From assembly GCA_965216635.1 (NCBI GenBank), contig OZ244188.1, forward strand, positions 1,280,001 through 1,344,000: DNA of 64,000 nt, read 5' to 3'. Made by a program: the position numbers and the translations under genes. A model generated the notes under the pieces. That model was not told the origin of the DNA. It ran no database searches and was given only the letters and a program-made list of their open reading frames with translations. Position 1 is the first letter of the stretch. Every line of letters begins with the position of its first letter. Positions 60,639-64,000 of the stretch are shown here, in pieces. This DNA comes from a bacterium (GTDB taxonomy: Bacteria; SAR324; XYD2-FULL-50-16; G965216635).

Positions 60639-61595
60639 CTAAAAATCTTGCCGTACTTTTTTCCAAAATTCATTCCAATCCTTGCCACTACTCAGCCAAA
60701 CATTCTCAAAAGTAGGATTATTTTCGTTGTATCTTTGGAATTGCAACAGCCGAGCATTATTTAGCTTTAAGAATCTTTTGGAGGCTTGAGGATAAATTTT
60801 TAAAATTTCTTTTTTTGTGTTTTCAAAAAGCTGTTTCTTTAAGTTAGATTTTTGTTTTTCTGATGTGTCGTCTTGATAAATCATTTCTGCTTTTTTGTAA
60901 GTATCGTTCATTAGTTTAGAAAATAGACGGTGTTTTTTTTGTCTCTGTCTTTGTTCTAAAAGCAATTTTTCTCCTTCTTTTCCTTGTCTTCGCAAAAACT
61001 GTTCGCTCCCTATTTTTGCCACAAAACTTGCTAGCTGCTCGTTGAGTGTAGTTTCGTTTTTCAAATATAGCGTAGAATGGGTAGCTTCGTGGATAAGAGT
61101 ATTGATAAGGTTATATTTACCGTAAAGCAGCATTGGGCTGACAACTGGATCGTCAAACCACCCAAGAGTAGAATAGGCTGGAACGGGAGAAATCCAAACC
61201 CCGTAGTTTTTTTGTTGTAACTTTTGGGCTTCTTTTTGGGCGTCTTCTAAAACAAAAAATCCTTTGTAATCCACCTTTCCTAGAATAGGAAACCACCATC
61301 TATAAGCCTCTAGTTTTAAAACAGGGCTAGCGCTCACAGCAAAGCTGATACTTTTTTTTTCTGTCTGGTAGTATTTCCTATAATTTCCTTTTGTTTTAAG
61401 TTTTAAAACTTCTTCGCTAAATTGCAATACTTCTTCTACCAAAGCGAGCAGTTCTTTTTTTTGTGGGTCTGTTTCTTCTGTTATAGCGGACTTTAAAGGG
61501 ATAGTATTCCAAATGATTTTAAAATGGTGATAGGACTGTTTTGTTAGATAACAACCACTTAAAAAAAAGCTCAAAAAAAACACTAAAAATTTCAT
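60639..61595 (-). CDS. Predicted zinc aminopeptidase lipoprotein (DUF2265-like)
   Basis: Lipobox LSGC, WWFPILG..YKGFF, AYSTLGWFDDP, HEATH...NEQLA. Confidence 0.82.
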   Translation of the reverse strand: MKFLVFFLSFFLSGCYLTKQSYHHFKIIWNTIPLKSAITEETDPQKKELLALVEEVLQFSEEVLKLKTKGNYRKYYQTEKKSISFAVSASPVLKLEAYRWWFPILGKVDYKGFFVLEDAQKEAQKLQQKNYGVWISPVPAYSTLGWFDDPVVSPMLLYGKYNLINTLIHEATHSTLYLKNETTLNEQLASFVAKIGSEQFLRRQGKEGEKLLLEQRQRQKKHRLFSKLMNDTYKKAEMIYQDDTSEKQKSNLKKQLFENTKKEILKIYPQASKRFLKLNNARLLQFQRYNENNPTFENVWLSSGKDWNEFWKKVRQDF

Positions 61596-61601
61596 TTTGA
61601 G

Positions 61602-62813
61602 TTACCAATATAAAGAACGAACAAAAGCCAAATTTTCCTTGTTTTTTACTGGTATAAATCTATCCCGAGGCACTTGAATAATCTTTGCTTTTGCAAAATT
61701 AGAAACGGCAGAAACAATCGTATTTTCTAGTTGTAAAATATTTTGGGACTGTTTTTTTAGAGAGGTGGTTTCTTTCCAATTTGCAATGCAGTCTAGTTGC
61801 CACGAGTTAGAAAGTAGAGCTTTCTGTAAGGCTAAAAGATCAATCCAGAGGTTGTTGGTGTTGAAGACAGTGAGATTCAGTTTTTTTTGTTCATTGCGAG
61901 GAATTGTTTCTAGTTCTGCGGATTCTAAAAGTTTTATTTTTTTTTTGTAGAGCAAAAGAGAGCCTCCTTTAGAGTCTTGTTTTGTTTTTTTAACTGCTTC
62001 TATAAGAAAAGGGCAGTTTTGTTTTGCTATAAAATTCAAAATTTTCAAATCTAGTCTTGCGCCTAGGTTATCTATATTGGCTATAAAAATATATTTTTTT
62101 CCTTGATTTATAAAATTTTCTAATAAGCCAGATTGTTGAAATTTTAAAAAAAAATCTCCGTGTCCCGGTGGGTAGTAAGCCTGCTCTCCAAATTCTTTGC
62201 AATCCAAAGGAGCGAATGTTTTGCCCAATAAATCACCAGCTAAACCACCAGCTAAACCACCAGCTAAATCACCAGCTAAACTGTTTGTTAAATTGCTTAT
62301 TAAACTATGGGAGGTAAGACGAGGGTAGCAATTTTGTTGAAAACTGTAAATTTTTAAATCTTTATATTTCTTAATAGCTTTGGTTGTAGCTTGGTGGGTG
62401 TGAAAACTATTCATCAAAACAAAGGGTATTTTTACTTTAAATTCTTCTTGAAAAGACTTTAGCTGTTCTACTGCCAGATCCAAAAAATTTTTTTTTTGTT
62501 TTATTATGACGCTAAATTTTGGAGCAGATAACCCTAGTGTTGTGCCTAAACCCCCGTTCAAACGGCAGACTACAATCTGCTTCAGCAACGGTTTCGCTTT
62601 TTCAGGCTGTTCTAATTTGCTATATTCTAGTGTTGGAGCTTCAGCAAATTCTTGACTGGTAAAATTATTACTGGCAGAATCGTTTTCTTGCAGAGATTTT
62701 AGATATTCTAGGTAAAGTTTTAAAAAACCCTCCCTATCTTTGATTTTACTGCCTTTTAATGCTGTTCTTAATTTTTCTACTTTTTTTTTTATGGTTTGCA
62801 TGTCTACTTTCAT
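61602..62813 (-). CDS. UTP--glucose-1-phosphate uridylyltransferase, UDPGP (eukaryote-type) family
   Basis: LNGGLGTTLGLSAPK, LMNSFHTH, YPPGHGD, NIDNLGA, FNTNNLW, RFIPVK; LAGG/LAGD 12-bp repeat x4 at 62229-62280. Confidence 0.87.
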   Translation of the reverse strand: MKVDMQTIKKKVEKLRTALKGSKIKDREGFLKLYLEYLKSLQENDSASNNFTSQEFAEAPTLEYSKLEQPEKAKPLLKQIVVCRLNGGLGTTLGLSAPKFSVIIKQKKNFLDLAVEQLKSFQEEFKVKIPFVLMNSFHTHQATTKAIKKYKDLKIYSFQQNCYPRLTSHSLISNLTNSLAGDLAGGLAGGLAGDLLGKTFAPLDCKEFGEQAYYPPGHGDFFLKFQQSGLLENFINQGKKYIFIANIDNLGARLDLKILNFIAKQNCPFLIEAVKKTKQDSKGGSLLLYKKKIKLLESAELETIPRNEQKKLNLTVFNTNNLWIDLLALQKALLSNSWQLDCIANWKETTSLKKQSQNILQLENTIVSAVSNFAKAKIIQVPRDRFIPVKNKENLAFVRSLYW

Positions 62814-62821
62814 ATTTCCAT

Positions 62822-62964
62822 GAGACTATTGAATTAGACATTCTAGTTCAGCTATACTGCGTTGCTCGAATTTTTTATTACTCAAAATACTTCAGTATTC
62901 CTCTTGGGTAAAAAATTTTCGCGCCTTGTCTAGCTTTCCTATAATGCTAAAGTTCAACAGTCTC
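62822..62964. mobile_element. Divergent MITE-like element, copy 11 (143 bp)
   Basis: GAGACTATTGAATT...AGTTCAACAGTCTC; TSD TCCAT/TCCAT. Confidence 0.85.
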
Positions 62965-62972
62965 TCCATCTA

Positions 62973-64000
62973 TTAAAATTGGTTTTTAAGTTGAAAATCT
63001 AAACTAATCCCTCTATCTAATGTGCTGTTTTCTGGTTCAGTAGCAAGGATTACTTTTTCATACAGAGAAATTTTGGCTATTGTGCAACAATCATTATAAA
63101 CAAACCCAAAAGTAATTTTGTCTATACCCTTGCCTATTACTTGAGATTTAAAAGGATAGCGTTTCTGATCTATCAAACTATTTCTTTCTAGCAAAAGAGA
63201 AGAAGACCAATATTTTCCCAAACTTTTTTTGATAGAAATAGTGAGTTCGTTTTTTTTGTGAAAGTCTTCGTTGTTAAAGTTGGTGTAGTCTCTAATATTC
63301 TTATGAAAAGAGGCTGTAAAACTGTTTCTATTTTTTGAATAACGGGCTTGGAAAAGATGCTCTAAATCTTTGCGAGCATGACTATCATAACGGGTAAAAT
63401 AAGAAAAATGTAAATTTTTTGTCGCCAGCCATTTTGTCTTTAAATGAATAGGCATGATTGCTTTTTCTAAAGATAAAGCATTTTCTCTTTCTATAGGAGG
63501 GATGTAGCTACCGTTTCTACTTTCTATATCTTCTGTGGTATGGTTGGGGTCTAGGTCGTAGACTACAGAAAGTTCTAAAAAAAATTGTTTTTCTGTTTTT
63601 CGGTGTTTTTGAAAATCCCAAAGCAAAGAAAATTGGGCTATATTTTTTGCAAGTATTGTATCATGGGAATCAAAAAGAGTATCACCTTTCACCGCATAAT
63701 AGTTGTCTTTTGTTGGATCAGCCAGTAGCTCTTTTGTATTTTGTTGTGGGATTTTTTGATAGCTAATTTTAGGCTGAAACCGCCATTTGCCTGTTTTATT
63801 GAACTTTTCAAAATTCAGTCCTGTATCTAAAACAAAACTAGGGTAGGTTTCTACAGAAAAATTTAGGTCTGTATCTGTAGAGGTGTCATTTGCTTGGTAA
63901 TTTTTTCGAACAAACTCAAGGCTAGGATAAAAAAAAAAATAAGAATTTCCTAAAACCAATTGATTTTTTAAACGGGTAGTCAATCTTTCTCCAGTCCAAC
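62973..64000 (-). CDS. C-terminal part of an LptD-like outer-membrane barrel (starts beyond the window)
   Basis: Amphipathic strands, YNDCC motif near the C-terminus, terminal Phe. Confidence 0.55.
   Translation of the reverse strand, partial: WTGERLTTRLKNQLVLGNSYFFFYPSLEFVRKNYQANDTSTDTDLNFSVETYPSFVLDTGLNFEKFNKTGKWRFQPKISYQKIPQQNTKELLADPTKDNYYAVKGDTLFDSHDTILAKNIAQFSLLWDFQKHRKTEKQFFLELSVVYDLDPNHTTEDIESRNGSYIPPIERENALSLEKAIMPIHLKTKWLATKNLHFSYFTRYDSHARKDLEHLFQARYSKNRNSFTASFHKNIRDYTNFNNEDFHKKNELTISIKKSLGKYWSSSLLLERNSLIDQKRYPFKSQVIGKGIDKITFGFVYNDCCTIAKISLYEKVILATEPENSTLDRGISLDFQLKNQF

Noticed and set aside
4006..62964. IS630/Tc1-type TA target duplication for the repeat family
   Set aside because: Copies ending GAGAC/GAGAG lack TA, and 4-6 bp flanking repeats fit better

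Overview
AT-rich bacterial chromosome segment from a diderm (lptF/lptD-like genes, mltD, prepilin peptidase). The lineage cannot be assigned from sequence alone. The backbone is housekeeping and transport genes (ispG, mutM, queA, xseB, lysA, dinB, rsmI, rluB-like, trmB, lon, ftsZ, argB, dapE-like, livKHMGF, uvrB, tRNA-Phe). Five kinds of structure are not explained by the gene list. (1) A dense family of modular, palindromic MITE-like elements: 11 two-ended copies, 3 one-ended copies and 1 solo end in 64 kb. They have (T/G)AGA(C/G)..TTGAATT termini, ~5-bp target-site duplications, shuffled internal modules and covarying hairpins, and several supply gene stop codons. (2) A 2.4-kb integrase-less islet in the 3' end of uvrB, bounded by a 34-bp direct repeat with a replacement C-terminus. 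It carries an Ile/Pro/Lys repeat protein and a HELVH (DUF4157-like) protein. (3) Three tandem mosaic paralogs that look like 8-stranded outer-membrane barrels with two large hypervariable loops. (4) A pseudouridine synthase with a ~41-unit Ser/Thr/Arg/Pro tail, plus many smaller in-frame minisatellites. (5) Defence/TA-like accessories: a methyltransferase-HNH fusion, an orphan methyltransferase, and a Panacea-like module behind triple palindromic operators. Product calls come from motif recognition by eye, not database searches.
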